From: Neovahlkampfia damariscottae
Taxonomy: Eukaryota
DNA length: 63,281 nucleotides
Assembly: GCA_016618085.1 (NCBI GenBank)
Contig: JABLTG010000016.1
Span: 124,001-187,281, forward strand
Direction: 5' to 3'
The translations under genes and the position numbers were made by a program. Numbering within the stretch: position 1 is the first letter of the stretch; each line of letters starts with the position of its first letter. Below, one piece after another: positions 1-13,105 of this stretch. The notes below the pieces were generated by a model, which saw only the letters and a program-made list of their open reading frames with translations, was not told where the DNA came from and ran no database searches.

Positions 1-779
1 ATTCATTTCTTCATAAGAAAGAATCCAAAGTTTTAACCTATTAGAGATATACTCTTGAATTAATCTTTTGTCTTTTAATAAAATATTGCTTTGATAATGA
101 ATTAAAATTGATAAACATAAAGAACAATTATGTTTCATTTTAAAAGTTGATGATGAATTTGTAATGATTTTTAAATAACCTTCTAATTTGAAATTATTGA
201 AATAATCAATCAATATGTTTTGTTCTAATTCGTCAGAAATTCCACCCAATAAAATGATGTTTAAAAATAATAAAATTTGAATTTGTTTGATGTCTTTGGA
301 TTCAATATAAATCTTTTCAATCTTTTTTAATAAATTTTGAAAAAAGAAATCACAATTCTTAAATCCACACACTTTATGTTAAATAATTTTTTTTTACCTA
401 AGATACAAAAAAAGTGTTATTTTTTTTATGTTTATTTCTTTACCTAATGATATGATATCTGAAAACGAATTCCATTTTTTTTTAAAAATACTTTTAAGCA
501 AAGAACACATTGTTAATGCTGAATTAACTCTTCTATCTTCGAAATTGTTGTCTAAATATTCAAGACATTTGTTGAAAATTAAGTGGAAATTGTTCTGTTT
601 TTTATTAGTTAGCTTTTTCTTACTTGTTGTTTTAATAATTGACTTTCTGAATTTTGTAAAATTAAATCATCCAAATACTTCAAATTGACCCGTAAGAGAA
701 ACATTTCATCCCAATTTATGTCTTCTTCTTGAAAGAGCCTTTCATAAAAGTCCATGAATTTTTCTTTTTTTGTTTCCAT
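1..779 (-). CDS. ARMH3: ARMH3/C10orf76-like armadillo-like helical protein (5' part; runs off the window start; introns)
   Basis: Spliced translation METKKEKFMDFYERLFQEEDINWDEMFLLRVNLKYLDDLI...FNKCLEYL...RRVNSALTMCSLLKSIF resembles the ARMH3 N-terminus (KEKVVLMYDEIF...WEELFLMKVNLEYL). CCAAT lies 3 nt before the ATG. Confidence 0.7.
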
Positions 780-968
780 TTTATTGGTTTCTGGGTTGTT
801 GAGGGTGTTGAAAAAAACAAAATAATTTGGTTGGACGAATGAAATCATTTTTTTTGAAGAAGATGAAAATGGTTGAAGATTAAAATTGTTTATTATTCCA
901 AAAATATCAAAATAACGGATTTAAACTGACCCATTGAGTTGTTTGGAAATAAGTTAGAGCTTAATTTC

Positions 969-1148
969 TTAAATTTTCGTTTGGTTGTGTTTAAATCCAC
1001 ACTTTGAGCAAACTATTGTTCTATAATAACCAGGATTGTTGCAAGCTGTTCTCAAGCGTTTTTCTTTTTTTTTTACAGTTTTTTTTTTTTTTTCATCCTT
1101 TTTGGGTATTTTTGTTGAAAAATCTCGAGATGAATTAAAGGAATTCAT
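969..1148 (-). CDS. small basic protein with a C-terminal CxxC (VCSKCG), function unknown; start uncertain
   Basis: Short Lys-rich ORF filling the gap between two genes; upstream CCAAT at 1218. Confidence 0.3.
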   Translation of the reverse strand: MNSFNSSRDFSTKIPKKDEKKKKTVKKKEKRLRTACNNPGYYRTIVCSKCGFKHNQTKI

Positions 1149-1286
1149 TTCAATAATGTTTTGAAAGTGCTGTGTTGGCACAATTAGTTTTCCATTTTAT
1201 TTATAACCTCTTTTCGACCAATCAAATATTCTTCAATTTGAATCCTGAAGAAATATAAGGCCAAAAAATTTATTCAATTTTTTCCA

Positions 1287-2417
1287 CTACAATTTCGAAT
1301 TTGGTGAAAACAAACAATTTTTTTTGTAGATTAATTTTTCAGTGATACCTTCGATATCTGTGCAACCACATAATGCCATTCCTCTGTAAAGTTCTGAATT
1401 CAATGTTTCAATAACATCATTTACACCATTTTCACCATTACAAGCCAAACCCCATAAAACAGGTCTTCCAACAAAAACAGCTTTTGCACCCAAAGCTAAT
1501 GCCTTGATCACATCAGTTCCTCTTCTTATTCCACCATCAAGAAAAACTTCAATTTTTGAATTAGTATCTTTCATTGCTTGCATAACTTCAGGAAGAGCTT
1601 GAATTGTACTAACACACGTATCTAATTGTCTACCCCCATGATTTGAAACCCATATAGCGTCAACTTGTGCTTCATGTGCCAAAATTGCATCTTCATATGT
1701 AATAATACCTTTCAAGATGATTTTCATTTTTGTTTGCTTTTTTATCCATTTAACAGATTCCCAGTTTAATGTTTGATCTATTTGTGTTTCAACAAAATAA
1801 TTCAATTGTGAATAATTTTTTTTTGAAGTTTTTAACATTACACTTTCTGTAACACTTGGTATGTTTGGTAACTCTAATCCATTTGGTAAACTAAAACCAT
1901 TCTTATGATCTGCTTCTCTATTTCCTAAAAGTGCTGTGTCTACTGTCATCACCAATGCAGTGTATCCTGTTTGTTCTGCTTTTTTTATCAAATCAATAGT
2001 AACATTTCTGTCTCTACAAACATAAAGTTGCATCCAATGTGGAGTAGAGCCTAAACAATTTCCTACATCTTCTATTGATGTTGTTGACATTGTTGATAAA
2101 GTCATTAAAGTGTTTAATTTCTTTGTTGCTTTTGCTGTTGCAATTTCACCATCATGATGACACATCTTTTGCATGGCTGTTGGTGCAATTAATATAGGAG
2201 TTGATACTTTTTGTCCTAAAACTGTTGTTGATAAATCAATTTTGGAAACATTGACTAATGCTCTTGGTCTTAATTTAATTACTTGAAAATCGTTTTGATT
2301 GTGGAAAAGAGTTGATTCATCGTCAGCACCTGATCTGTAGTAATCATAAATAGTTTTTGGAAGTATTTCTTTTGCCTTCTTGTGATAATCTTCAACACTT
2401 ATTAGTTTATCCGACAT
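1287..2417 (-). CDS. HAO1: peroxisomal (S)-2-hydroxy-acid/glycolate oxidase (FMN-dependent), intronless
   Basis: Motifs YDYYRSGADDE, IAPTAMQ, WVSNHGGRQLD, LDGGIRRGTDVIKALALGA; C-terminal PTS1 SKL. Confidence 0.93.
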   Translation of the reverse strand: MSDKLISVEDYHKKAKEILPKTIYDYYRSGADDESTLFHNQNDFQVIKLRPRALVNVSKIDLSTTVLGQKVSTPILIAPTAMQKMCHHDGEIATAKATKKLNTLMTLSTMSTTSIEDVGNCLGSTPHWMQLYVCRDRNVTIDLIKKAEQTGYTALVMTVDTALLGNREADHKNGFSLPNGLELPNIPSVTESVMLKTSKKNYSQLNYFVETQIDQTLNWESVKWIKKQTKMKIILKGIITYEDAILAHEAQVDAIWVSNHGGRQLDTCVSTIQALPEVMQAMKDTNSKIEVFLDGGIRRGTDVIKALALGAKAVFVGRPVLWGLACNGENGVNDVIETLNSELYRGMALCGCTDIEGITEKLIYKKNCLFSPNSKL

Positions 2418-2756
2418 GGAGCAAAAGAATGAGGTTAAATTAACCAATGAAAAACGTTATGTTTATCAAACAACAAGAATTTTGTCAAACCCAACTCCAA
2501 ACAAATTTAAACAACAAAAGGAAGAAACTACTTTTTAAAAGATGTTTTCACAATTCATCAATTTTTGTTGTGAAATTGAAGAATGTCTGAATAAGTTGAT
2601 CAAATTGATATCTGAATGTAAAACAAAAGAAAAATAGGTGCAGTTTTTTTGAGTTAAAGATGAATATGAAGGTGTCGTTTTTGAGTTAAAGAGTAAGAAG
2701 AATTGAATGAAGTTTGAAAAAGAGGTGAACTTATCCATCAATCAGCACTTTAGTTG

Positions 2757-2814
2757 TTTTTCGCTTACGGCCTGATTGAGGTCATTGTGAATAGGTTTTT
2801 TTTCGCTTACGGCC
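2757..2814 (+). repeat. 16-bp direct repeat duplicating the 5S 5' end (2757-2772 and 2799-2814)
   Basis: TTTTTCGCTTACGGCC occurs twice, 42 bp apart. Confidence 0.85.
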
Positions 2815-2923
2815 ATACTTAGGAGAATACACCGCATCCCGTCCGATTTGCGAAGTTAAGCTCCTACAGGCTCTCCTAGTACTAGGGTGGGAGACCACCT
2901 GGGAACCGGGAGTGTTGTAAGCT
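2805..2923 (+). rRNA. 5S rRNA gene (solitary copy)
   Basis: GCTTACGGCCATAC...CATCCCGTCCGATTTGCGAAGTTAAGC...AGTACTAGGGTGGGAGACCACCTGGGAA...GTTGTAAGC. The ends pair (helix I) and the length is ~119 nt. Confidence 0.95.
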
Positions 2924-2927
2924 TTTT
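2923..2927 (+). terminator. Pol III oligo-dT terminator of the 5S gene
   Basis: TTTTT directly after the 5S 3' end. Confidence 0.8.
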
Positions 2928-3061
2928 GGTTTTTAATGGACTAAAATTTTTGTATATTTCTAACATGAAATTCTATCAACGGTTTCCTTTTCATTTTTGG
3001 TTGAAGGGTTTGAGAAATTATCTCATCTTATATATTTGGAGTTGAAAATTTTTCTGGATTA

Positions 3062-3239
3062 ATTGGAATACAATTTCAAATTGCAATCAAAATTAGATTC
3101 AACATGTTTTGGGGACGTAGAATAAATTACTCCGATTGGATATTTGATCAACATTCAATGTTATTGGATATTTGAAGTCCGGAGTTTAGTGGAATCGAAC
3201 ACAATTGGATACTTGATTGTTCTTGAACACTTCTATTGG
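3062..3239. promoter_or_regulatory. cluster of five ATTGG (CCAAT) boxes upstream of the actin pseudogene
   Basis: ATTGG at 3062, 3135, 3163, 3204 and 3235; three share ATTGGATA(T/C)TTGA. Confidence 0.65.
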
Positions 3240-3255
3240 ACAAATTTATCCATAA

Positions 3256-4270
<1,015 letters not shown>

Positions 4271-4519
4271 TAAATTTTTGGTTACCAAACCCACATTTTC
4301 TAAATATTATATGTCTGAAAGCAAAATGAAACTAGCAAAAGTTTGAAACCATTTTTAAGAGAAAATTTGAAAACTGAGCATTGCAAAGGAAAAAATGAAA
4401 GCATTTCAAAAGATTATTTTCATTAATGGTCAAAAAAATAAAAATGTTTTCATTTTTAAATTTCATCTTGCCTGCATGCTTTACAAAGTCAGTTTGGAAC
4501 ACATGATTCCTTCTAAAGT

Positions 4520-4948
4520 TCATTCTTCTTTTAATAGTTTCATTTTTTTTATTTCTTCTGATTTTTCATGAACAAACTTTTTCAATTCAACACTTGAGTA
4601 TCTTATAACAGCACCACCTCCACAATATTCTAAATTTTTACAATCAACAGGAAGTAAATGTCTTGAAAACAGGTTGTCAAAAAAAAAAAAGTAACAATAC
4701 TTTGGCAGATTCAATTCACTTTTTTCTTCTTCTGTCATCATTATAATATTTACAAGTGACCTATACTCTGTATTTTTTGTACTATCATATAAAACTTCAA
4801 TAAAATCTTCATTAACTTGAAGACATTTTGCTGCAGAGTTCTTATCATTATTATGGAATATTCTGTGTTTTAGAGTATACTTTGAAGGATTAATTAAAAC
4901 TTTTAACACTTTTTCAAGTGTTTTCTTTTGAACCACAAGTTGATTCAT
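4520..4948 (-). CDS. hypothetical protein (probable in-frame intron ~4660-4698)
   Basis: 142-aa ORF with a T-rich GT..AG segment; CCAAT 17 nt before the ATG. Confidence 0.55.
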   Translation of the reverse strand: MNQLVVQKKTLEKVLKVLINPSKYTLKHRIFHNNDKNSAAKCLQVNEDFIEVLYDSTKNTEYRSLVNIIMMTEEEKSELNLPKYCYFFFFDNLFSRHLLPVDCKNLEYCGGGAVIRYSSVELKKFVHEKSEEIKKMKLLKEE

Positions 4949-4984
4949 GGACTCTAAAATTTTTGATTGGATGAAATGAAAAAT

Positions 4985-6613
4985 TTATTCTTCAATCATT
5001 TTATCATCTTCTTTTGATTTATACAATTCAATAGATTGATCAAAGTATTGATTTGGATGTTTAACAGCATTTATATCCATTTTATGTGGTAGAAATGAAT
5101 GACTAATTTCAAAGTACTTTCGACAAGCAAGCTAAATTAAAATTTAAAAATGACAAAATAAAAACAAACTTGATAATGATTTTGGGATGTTAATTGAACA
5201 ATTTCATCAATATCTGATTCTTCAATATCAACAGAAGAAGTTGATTTCAATTCATTTCTAAGAGTTTTTTCATCGAAATGTTTGAATGGACAACCATGAA
5301 AATCTCCTTCAGTAGGAAATGCACCCAAAATGATTTTTGTGCAACTAAAAATATGTTTAGAAATACAATTCAAAGACTAACCCATAAGGAGAATAATTTG
5401 TTTTTTTTCCTTCTTGACCATATTGATGTCTAAATCCATAAAGATAATTCTTATCAAAATCTGAATCCGTCATTTTTTTTGTGAATTCATCTCTCCAATA
5501 TTGAAGTGCACCATCCAATGTTAAACCAATTCCTTTAAGAAATAAACCATATTGTAATCTCCCTTGATGTTTAATATGATGAGTTTGTTTTAATTTTTTA
5601 TGTAAATGTTTCATACAAAGAGGAAATGATTGTTTTGCCAACTAAATGAAAAAATGATTAATTTCAATTGATTTACTCCATCTATATCTTGTGGTCCATA
5701 AGAATCACCTCCAGATTTGACTCTATATTCATTTCCAACATTTTTATTTCCAAGTTTTGTTAAGAATGGAACCAAACGTTCATTTTCTTCATCTTCAAGA
5801 TAAGGTAAAAGTTTTTGAATATCTGATAATGATTTTTGTAGTTTTTCTTTAAAATTTTGAACTATCAAAGAATTCAAGTTTGATGAAGTGAGATAAGCAA
5901 ATCCTCTTGAAATTAAAACACGTCTTGTTGAAATTAAGTTTAAGACATTTTGCCATTTTACTTTCCAAATATCATCATCTTTCATTTTTGAGAAATTCAA
6001 TTTTTTAACGTCTTCAATAATCTTTTGTTTTTCTGTTGAAGAAACATTTTCAACTTGAATTCCATTGTTGTTTAGAATTTCAACAAGTTCTTCGCTTCTT
6101 TTTTGTTTTAAACGTGTTCTGAAAATGTTATTTTATTTGTTTTTTTACTCAAATAAAGAAACTTCTTGTGAGACAAACCAATTTCTTTGATTTTCACTAT
6201 TAAACGTTTTATGAGTTGAAAGTTGAAATTCTTACTTTTTTGCAAAACTTAATCTTAAAATATGATGTGAAATGAAATCTTTTTCAGAGGTATCATAATC
6301 TCCAAATGTTTTTTTATCTTGTTCTTTTACAAGTTCAACAAATTTTTCTTTTTGTCCTAATCTGAAATTTTCAACATTCTTTAACACTTCAAATTTTATT
6401 AAGGTTCTTATTCTTACTTTTTAAACGGTCAAGTGCGAATTTTTCGAAATTTTCAATTGTTAATTCTTCAGTTGGTGGTAAATGATACATAAATTTCCAT
6501 GAGTGTTGTTCTTATTTTATTCAATTTGTTGTTCACTTACTTAATGTTTCAGCAGACAAAATGGTTTTGTGACCACTTGTTTTGGTTGACTTTCTTATTC
6601 CCGCGTTTTTCAT
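4985..6613 (-). CDS. PRIM2: DNA primase large subunit (multi-exon)
   Basis: Motifs FEKFALDRL, KDFISHHILRL, SFPLCMKHLH, HQGRLQYGLFLKGIG, HGCPFKHF, KHPNQYFDQS. Confidence 0.93.
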
Positions 6614-6712
6614 TATACAGATTTGATTTGCCAAAAAAAATCCAATCAGATTAAAAGCAAGTTTGACCAACAAAATCAAAATAAAAAAAAGTTTTTTTTA
6701 TAAATTAAATCT

Positions 6713-7490
6713 TTAAAGAAGTGTACATGGCCCTTTATTCTGAGATTTTTTAGGTTTTTTAAAACTCCTAGCACATCTAATGGCCTCACTAAAAACAGTT
6801 TTCACATTTTCATTTTTAATAGCGGAACATTCAACATATTTAACAGCTCCAATATATTTTTTAACATTTTCTATTGATTCCATCGTGCAATATTTTTGTT
6901 TTTCTTCTTTCATTTTTTCTTGATATTCTGGATCTGTTCTTAAATCACTTTGTAGACCTACCAACATTATAGGTGCTTTTGAAGTATTATGTTGTTGTAT
7001 TTCAGAGTACCACTTGAATCATTTAATTTTTTTTTTTTTTTTTTTACTCGTGCTTCAATATTTTGAAGAGATGAAACGTTAGCAACTGAAAAACAAACTA
7101 AAAAAATATCGGAATCTGGGTACGATAATAATCTAATTTTATCAAATGCTTTGATAAATTTTAAAATGAAATTTGAATTTCTTACTTTCCTGACCAGCAG
7201 TGTCTGTTGAAAATTTTAGTACAAATTAAAATATAAACTTACCCCATATATTTACATTTTCGTCTTTTCCATCGACTATTTTGTTTAATTTAAAAATAAA
7301 TAGGTTTTACTCTTCAAAGAGATGGTAAAATTATCAACGACTGTAGGTACATACGATTCTGGAAATTCACCTTTTGAATATACGAAAATTAAACCTAGTC
7401 ATGATTAGTATAATATTTTGAATTACAAGTTTTTCCTATGGCACCATCTCCAATAACGACAAGTTTCAACACATGGTCTGAGGACGACAT
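6713..7490 (-). CDS. Rho/Rac-family small GTPase (5 short introns)
   Basis: KLVVIGDGAIGKTCL, YVPTVVDNF, WDTAGQE, LSYPDSD, YVECSA; CAAX CTLL. Confidence 0.93.
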
Positions 7491-7685
7491 CACCTACGTC
7501 AACAAATAGTCTTGATAGTTTTGATTGGTTTATTTTTAACAGAAGTATTTTCTTGAAAAAATGACAAAAATCATATTATTGTAAAAATTTTTAATTTAGA
7601 TTGGAACCAACAATATTTTTCTCAAGTTGTCACTATTGTATTTTTCTGGAGTCAAATATGTTCAAAAAAAGAAGAAAAAAAGATA

Positions 7686-9875
7686 TCAAAGTTTATTTAA
7701 TTTTTCAATAATGTCATCATATTTTTCGTTTAATTTTTCAATTTTATCGTCTGATTCATTCAGTTTCAATTGAAGATTTTGAATTTCTTCATTTTGTTGG
7801 AATATAATTTTTTTTAAATGAATTTGATTTTCAAATAAATCTTTTACCAACTCAAATGTTTCAAAAGATTTAATAAATTTCCAACATTTTTCAGGAATCG
7901 AACCTGAAATTTGATTGGCAATACAATATTGAATAATTTCCATTGAATTTGATGAATTAATTTGATTCAATATAATTTTTTCAGTTCTTTCCATAATTTC
8001 AGAAATCATAAAAAACTCTGAACATTTTAATAATTCAATCAAGATGTAAATATTATTTTGAGGAAATTTCAATTCTCGAAGATACAAATAATGTAAAATG
8101 ATGATCAACACTTGATCTGAAAAATCAAAGTCAATTTCAAATTGAGAAGATTCTTTAAATGAACTTAATAGCATTACTTTGAAATATTCTAATTGACCAA
8201 TGATTATTTTATGAGCTTTGATTTTTTTTTGATTTGAACAAATCAAAGTAATGTCGAAATATTTTTTTGTTTGGAATAGAAATCTTAAATGTTGTGATAA
8301 TTTATCATTTAAAAAATAATTATCATTATATGGTTCAATATATGGCAAACCTATAATTCGATCTTTTAATTCAAAAAATAATTTTGAGTTTTTATCTTGA
8401 AGTAAAATTAAAAGTCCATCATTTTCTTGACTATTTTGAATAATTTGAAAACAAAATTCTTTTATCAATTCTAATTTTAAATTTTCACTTTTGATTAAAA
8501 TTTCAATAACGTTTGTTGAATTGATTCTGATGTACAATTGATTGAGACAAAAATCTGAAAAATTGTTAATTTTAAACATAAAAGAGTATTTAAATATTTC
8601 AATTAAATCAATCAAATTTTCTAAAAATATTGATTTTCCATAAAGTAAATTAATAAAAACCTCGAAATATTTCTTTGGAATTTTATTGGTCAAATCTAAG
8701 AAATCTAATTTTTCATTTTCATTAAATCGTATTTCAAAATGTTTTGATTGTGATAAAATACATTTATGTAAAATATAACTCTTTTTTTCAATTAAAATTT
8801 CGAAATCTTGAAATGAATTAAAATCAAAATTCTTCATTCCTTCTTCTTCATCCTTTAACATGAAGGACTTATTATAATTATCAAAATTGTCTTCTGAATT
8901 TTCAAACTCATTAAAAATACTTGTTTTATTTTCAGTATTTTCATTTTTATAATTTTCATAATAATTTGGTGCATCCTTTCCACAACCACCAAAAACACAT
9001 AAAACACCATTGACCAATGAAGAAGAATGATTAAACCTTTTGGTTAAAACTTGATCAAATTTAATAATTCTCTTCCAAGAATTCATTATAATATTATATT
9101 CAAATAAATCATTACAATATGGTCTATAAGAATCAAAACCTGAAGAAATGAACATTGAATCTTCAAAAATCACAGAAGAATGTCCTTTTCTTTTTGAAGG
9201 TATATCACCTATTCCTTTTATACATTTCCAAGTAAATGATTCCAAGTTCAAAAAATGTAAATCATTTAATAAACAATTCACAGATGAACCTCCAAATAAA
9301 ATTAATTGTTCATTGTTAAATAAACTCATTGAATGACCTGATCTTGAAGATGGCTTATTTTTTTGTTTTAATTCTTTCCAAGAATAATTTAAAATATCAT
9401 ATTCGTATAAATTATTAGTTGGTAAATTTGATTTGTCTTTTCCACCAAAGATAAACATTGTTGTTAAATTTAAATTACAAGTATGTTCATATAAAAAAGG
9501 AAGTGATTCTAATTGAATAGAAGACCATATTTCCTCATCAAAATTGAATTTATATAAATCATTAAAAATTTTGTTTTCATTTTTTCCACCAAATACCAAA
9601 ATGAAATTTGAATACCTAATACAAGTGTGATGACTTCTTGGTGTTGGTATATTTCCAGATGGTTTTATTAATTTCCAAAGATGACTTTCAAAATTAAATT
9701 CGTACAATTCATCAATTTGTTTTTTTTCAAAAAATAATTTACCACCAAAAATAACAACTTTTTTTTCATAAACAATTGAAGTGTGTGAATGTCGGTCTAA
9801 AGGTATTTCATTTTCTGAATCATAATACATGAAATTTTTAAAGATATTTTTCTTGTTTAAATCAAAAACGAACAT
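7686..9875 (-). CDS. Kelch-repeat + tandem BTB/POZ protein (LZTR1-like architecture); start uncertain
   Basis: Repeated RxxH...FGG...W Kelch units; two BTBs (LHKCILSQ, AHKIIIG...FKES); C-terminal coiled coil. Confidence 0.88.
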   Translation of the reverse strand: MFVFDLNKKNIFKNFMYYDSENEIPLDRHSHTSIVYEKKVVIFGGKLFFEKKQIDELYEFNFESHLWKLIKPSGNIPTPRSHHTCIRYSNFILVFGGKNENKIFNDLYKFNFDEEIWSSIQLESLPFLYEHTCNLNLTTMFIFGGKDKSNLPTNNLYEYDILNYSWKELKQKNKPSSRSGHSMSLFNNEQLILFGGSSVNCLLNDLHFLNLESFTWKCIKGIGDIPSKRKGHSSVIFEDSMFISSGFDSYRPYCNDLFEYNIIMNSWKRIIKFDQVLTKRFNHSSSLVNGVLCVFGGCGKDAPNYYENYKNENTENKTSIFNEFENSEDNFDNYNKSFMLKDEEEGMKNFDFNSFQDFEILIEKKSYILHKCILSQSKHFEIRFNENEKLDFLDLTNKIPKKYFEVFINLLYGKSIFLENLIDLIEIFKYSFMFKINNFSDFCLNQLYIRINSTNVIEILIKSENLKLELIKEFCFQIIQNSQENDGLLILLQDKNSKLFFELKDRIIGLPYIEPYNDNYFLNDKLSQHLRFLFQTKKYFDITLICSNQKKIKAHKIIIGQLEYFKVMLLSSFKESSQFEIDFDFSDQVLIIILHYLYLRELKFPQNNIYILIELLKCSEFFMISEIMERTEKIILNQINSSNSMEIIQYCIANQISGSIPEKCWKFIKSFETFELVKDLFENQIHLKKIIFQQNEEIQNLQLKLNESDDKIEKLNEKYDDIIEKLNKL

Positions 9876-9975
9876 TTTTGTGTTTTCGGTTGTCAACACA
9901 AAAGGAGTTTTTTTAAAACTGATTTTGACCAATCATTCATGAGTGTTAAAAAAAAGTTGAAGAAGCACAAAAAAT

Positions 9976-12968
9976 TTATTCATAAGAACCAATTAAAATT
10001 TCTTCAATTTTTTCTCTTGTCCAGACACACAGTTCATTATCTTTAAAATTAAATCTAATTTTATGTTTTTTATTTTTGACTGAAACAGTGAAACTATTTG
10101 AGTATATTGACATAGTTGATAAATCTGTGTCATCATTTAATTCAAATTTCATTAAATCCCATTTTTCAATTTTAGGTACATCAATAATCATTAAATTGTC
10201 AAAAATGATTAAATGATGAAATGCAGGCATTTTCCAATCGTCAAAATACAAATCAATTTCATTTGCATTTTTAAATTCACAAATAATATCTTGTTGTGAA
10301 TTGAATTTCAAATTATATTTTTTTTGAATTTCCCAAACATGATATCGTGTTTCTGCTTCAATTCTTCTATCAGATATATAATTAACAACTTTTGTAATTT
10401 TTGTATGTGATCTTTTTAACTGGTCATACCTTTTATGACTTTCTTCTATGATAGTATTCTATAGGAATAGGTGTCAACAAATGTTCAATTTTTTCTTACC
10501 TTCATTAAATTCTCAGTGAACTTTTGATAGGAATCAATTCTTTCAATTGGTAAAATCAAATAATCTAAAATATCACCAGTAGTATTTAAATTATTTAATT
10601 CTTCTTTTTTTGTTTTTAAAAAGTTTTCAAATTTTGGATTCTTTTCAATAGCTCTTTGTAAAGTTGATGAGTTTTGATATTCATTGATATAACTTCCATA
10701 CAATTTAAATACTTCTGAAAATTCATTTAAAAGTTTAATCAATTCAATATCGATAACATGTCGACTTTTTTGAGCTATTTGTTTGATTTTATTTAAAAAT
10801 AACATGTTAACACCAATAATAGTATTGATGTTTGAAAACAAAGTATCATGTGCTTCTTTTGAAATATAATCTTTTGATGGTTGAACAAAATGCTTAATTA
10901 AAAGATTTAAATTTTGAATATATTCTTCTTCTGCAATAATAAATTCTTTAACAATTTGAATTCTTTTTTGAAGTGCTTCAAGATTAATTTTATTGTGATA
11001 TGATGTTGGAATAAATCCTTCTTTATCATCATAACGGATTTTTGACCAACCAGCTTCATTAGATAATATAAGAATGTATTCTCCTTTTGGAACTGATAAT
11101 TCACCTGTTTCAACTGCTTTGAATGATGCAATTGTGACACCAATATTATTTTCGTTGACTTTAAATTTTTTTGATGTAAGTCTTTTTGGTTCTGGAGTTG
11201 AAGGAAGAGGTGTTGGTGTTGGTGTTTGAGGTGGAGGTGAATTACTACTTGGTGGTAAAACAAGGTGAAATTTGAGTGAATCAACATCTGAATCATCCAA
11301 TTCTGATAATTTTGAACTTATTAATGACTTCTTTCCCGAAAATCTCTTGTTGAACAATCTCATAAATGAGAACTTTGATTTTTGAGATTTTTCTTCTTGT
11401 GTTTCCTTTATACCTTCTTCACTATATTCTTCAGTTTCATCTTCATCTTCGTCTTCAATTTTACCTTCAAAATGAATATCTAGTTCACCTGGGTCAGTAA
11501 CTTGTTCCATTAGCTTTTTTATTCTGTTGTATTTTTCAAGAGTTTTTAAATTCTTTGTTCTCCAAATTTTGATTTCCATAGAACTAACATTGGATTTATT
11601 TTTTAAATAAGATTTAGCATCTCCAACTGAATTTGGTGCATTTTCAGTTTTTGAAAGTAATGCTGAAATTCCATCAAGAGATTCTTTCAATGTTTTTCTT
11701 CCATCTGAAATGAAAGTATTATCTGTATCTAAATTAAAATCATCATCAATCATTTTCAATTGTAAAACTTTTTGACTTTGTTTCATTAATTTATCAATTT
11801 GTAAAATCTTTCCCATTTCTTCACCTGTTGGTAACATAATTTCATAAATTTTATCAATTGTTGTATAATAGAATGAAGTTTCATTTGCACTTAAATGAAC
11901 ATTAGAATCTTGAATTTCAATTGAAAATGGATCTCTTGTACTTTTAAAAGTATCCCTAACTTTTGGGTTGGTAGATCTTTCATTAAATACATTCTTAAAT
12001 TCAATTATAAATTTATCTTTCTTCTTTTTAATTAAACCAGCAATGAATGGAAATGAAATTGCAATTTCGATAGGTTCAGCTGAAAATTTTATATCAGAAT
12101 ATTTTCCATTGATATGTACATCCTTATTTGGAATATATGGAGTTATCTTTTTTTGATTATCATCCAAATATGATGGTTCTAAATTTTCATCTGATAAATA
12201 ATAAATAACGTGTGAATTTAATCTTCTGTTGACTCTTGAGACATAAAGCATTGAACATTTTTTACTTTTTGATTCAATGAATTCATTTTTGATCTTTTCA
12301 TTGGTGTCAGTATTCACAACAACATATTTTTTATTGTAAAAATAAATTACAAAATTGTCTAAAAAATAAAGGTATTTTGTTGTGCCTTCGGTGATGATTC
12401 TGGTGAGAATTTTAAATGATTTTGATGTGTATTCACAAATCAAAATTTCACTTCTTTTTGAGTTGAATAGAGCAAATCTACATTCAGGCTTCGTAACAGT
12501 TATATTGTCCAATGATAGCATTGTAAATTCTCCTAGAAATTGTCCTTCTTTATGAATCAAAGTATCATAATTATCGTCTCCGTATGTGTTGATATCTAAA
12601 AATTCAGATTTGAATTTATTTGTGTCTAGGAATCTTATTTTATCTGAAGTTTGAAAAAATAATATTTTGCTTTTTTCGTCGACTTTTATCCAGGTTATGG
12701 GTTTTTTTGAATTTGTTTGAAATTTTAATGACTCTTTATATTCATGGTATGAATTTGGTTTGTATTTAAAAATAGTTCCAGTAGTAGTTCCAACATAAAC
12801 AGATTTGTCTGAAGTTATTGTTTTAAAAAAAGAAAAAATACCTGTGGATTCAATACAGCTTATTTCCGAGTTGAATATAGTTCTAATGACTTCAGGTTCG
12901 AATTGTAAACGATTTTTGGCATACCAAGACTCTACGTTGTGTAATGGTCTCACACCAAAAGTTGTCAT
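9976..12968 (-). CDS. RhoGEF-like protein 1: CNH-like propeller, Pro-rich region, SH3, DH, PH-like
   Basis: VYVGTTTG start of the propeller; SH3 ELSVPKGE..GWSK..GFIP; DH EFIIAEEEYIQNL..YLILPIERI; one intron ~10460-10500. Confidence 0.85.
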
Positions 12969-13105
12969 TTTTGATTGGTCCAAAAAACAATCAAAATCAC
13001 TTCTTTTTGAAAAGTAAAAAACAAAAACACAAAACATACCATTTCAATCATTTTTTAAAAAATAAAGGTAAAAACTGGTATTCCATTTTTTGATTGGATA
13101 AGCTC

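Noticed and set aside
3191..3200. B-box-like GTTCGATTCC on the - strand
   Set aside because: No A-box or cloverleaf; it lies within the CCAAT cluster. Not called a tRNA.
3135..3239. Regularly spaced ATTGGATA repeats resembling a CRISPR array
   Set aside because: Repeats are 13 bp or shorter, spacing is irregular, the context is eukaryotic and there are no cas genes. Explained as CCAAT boxes.
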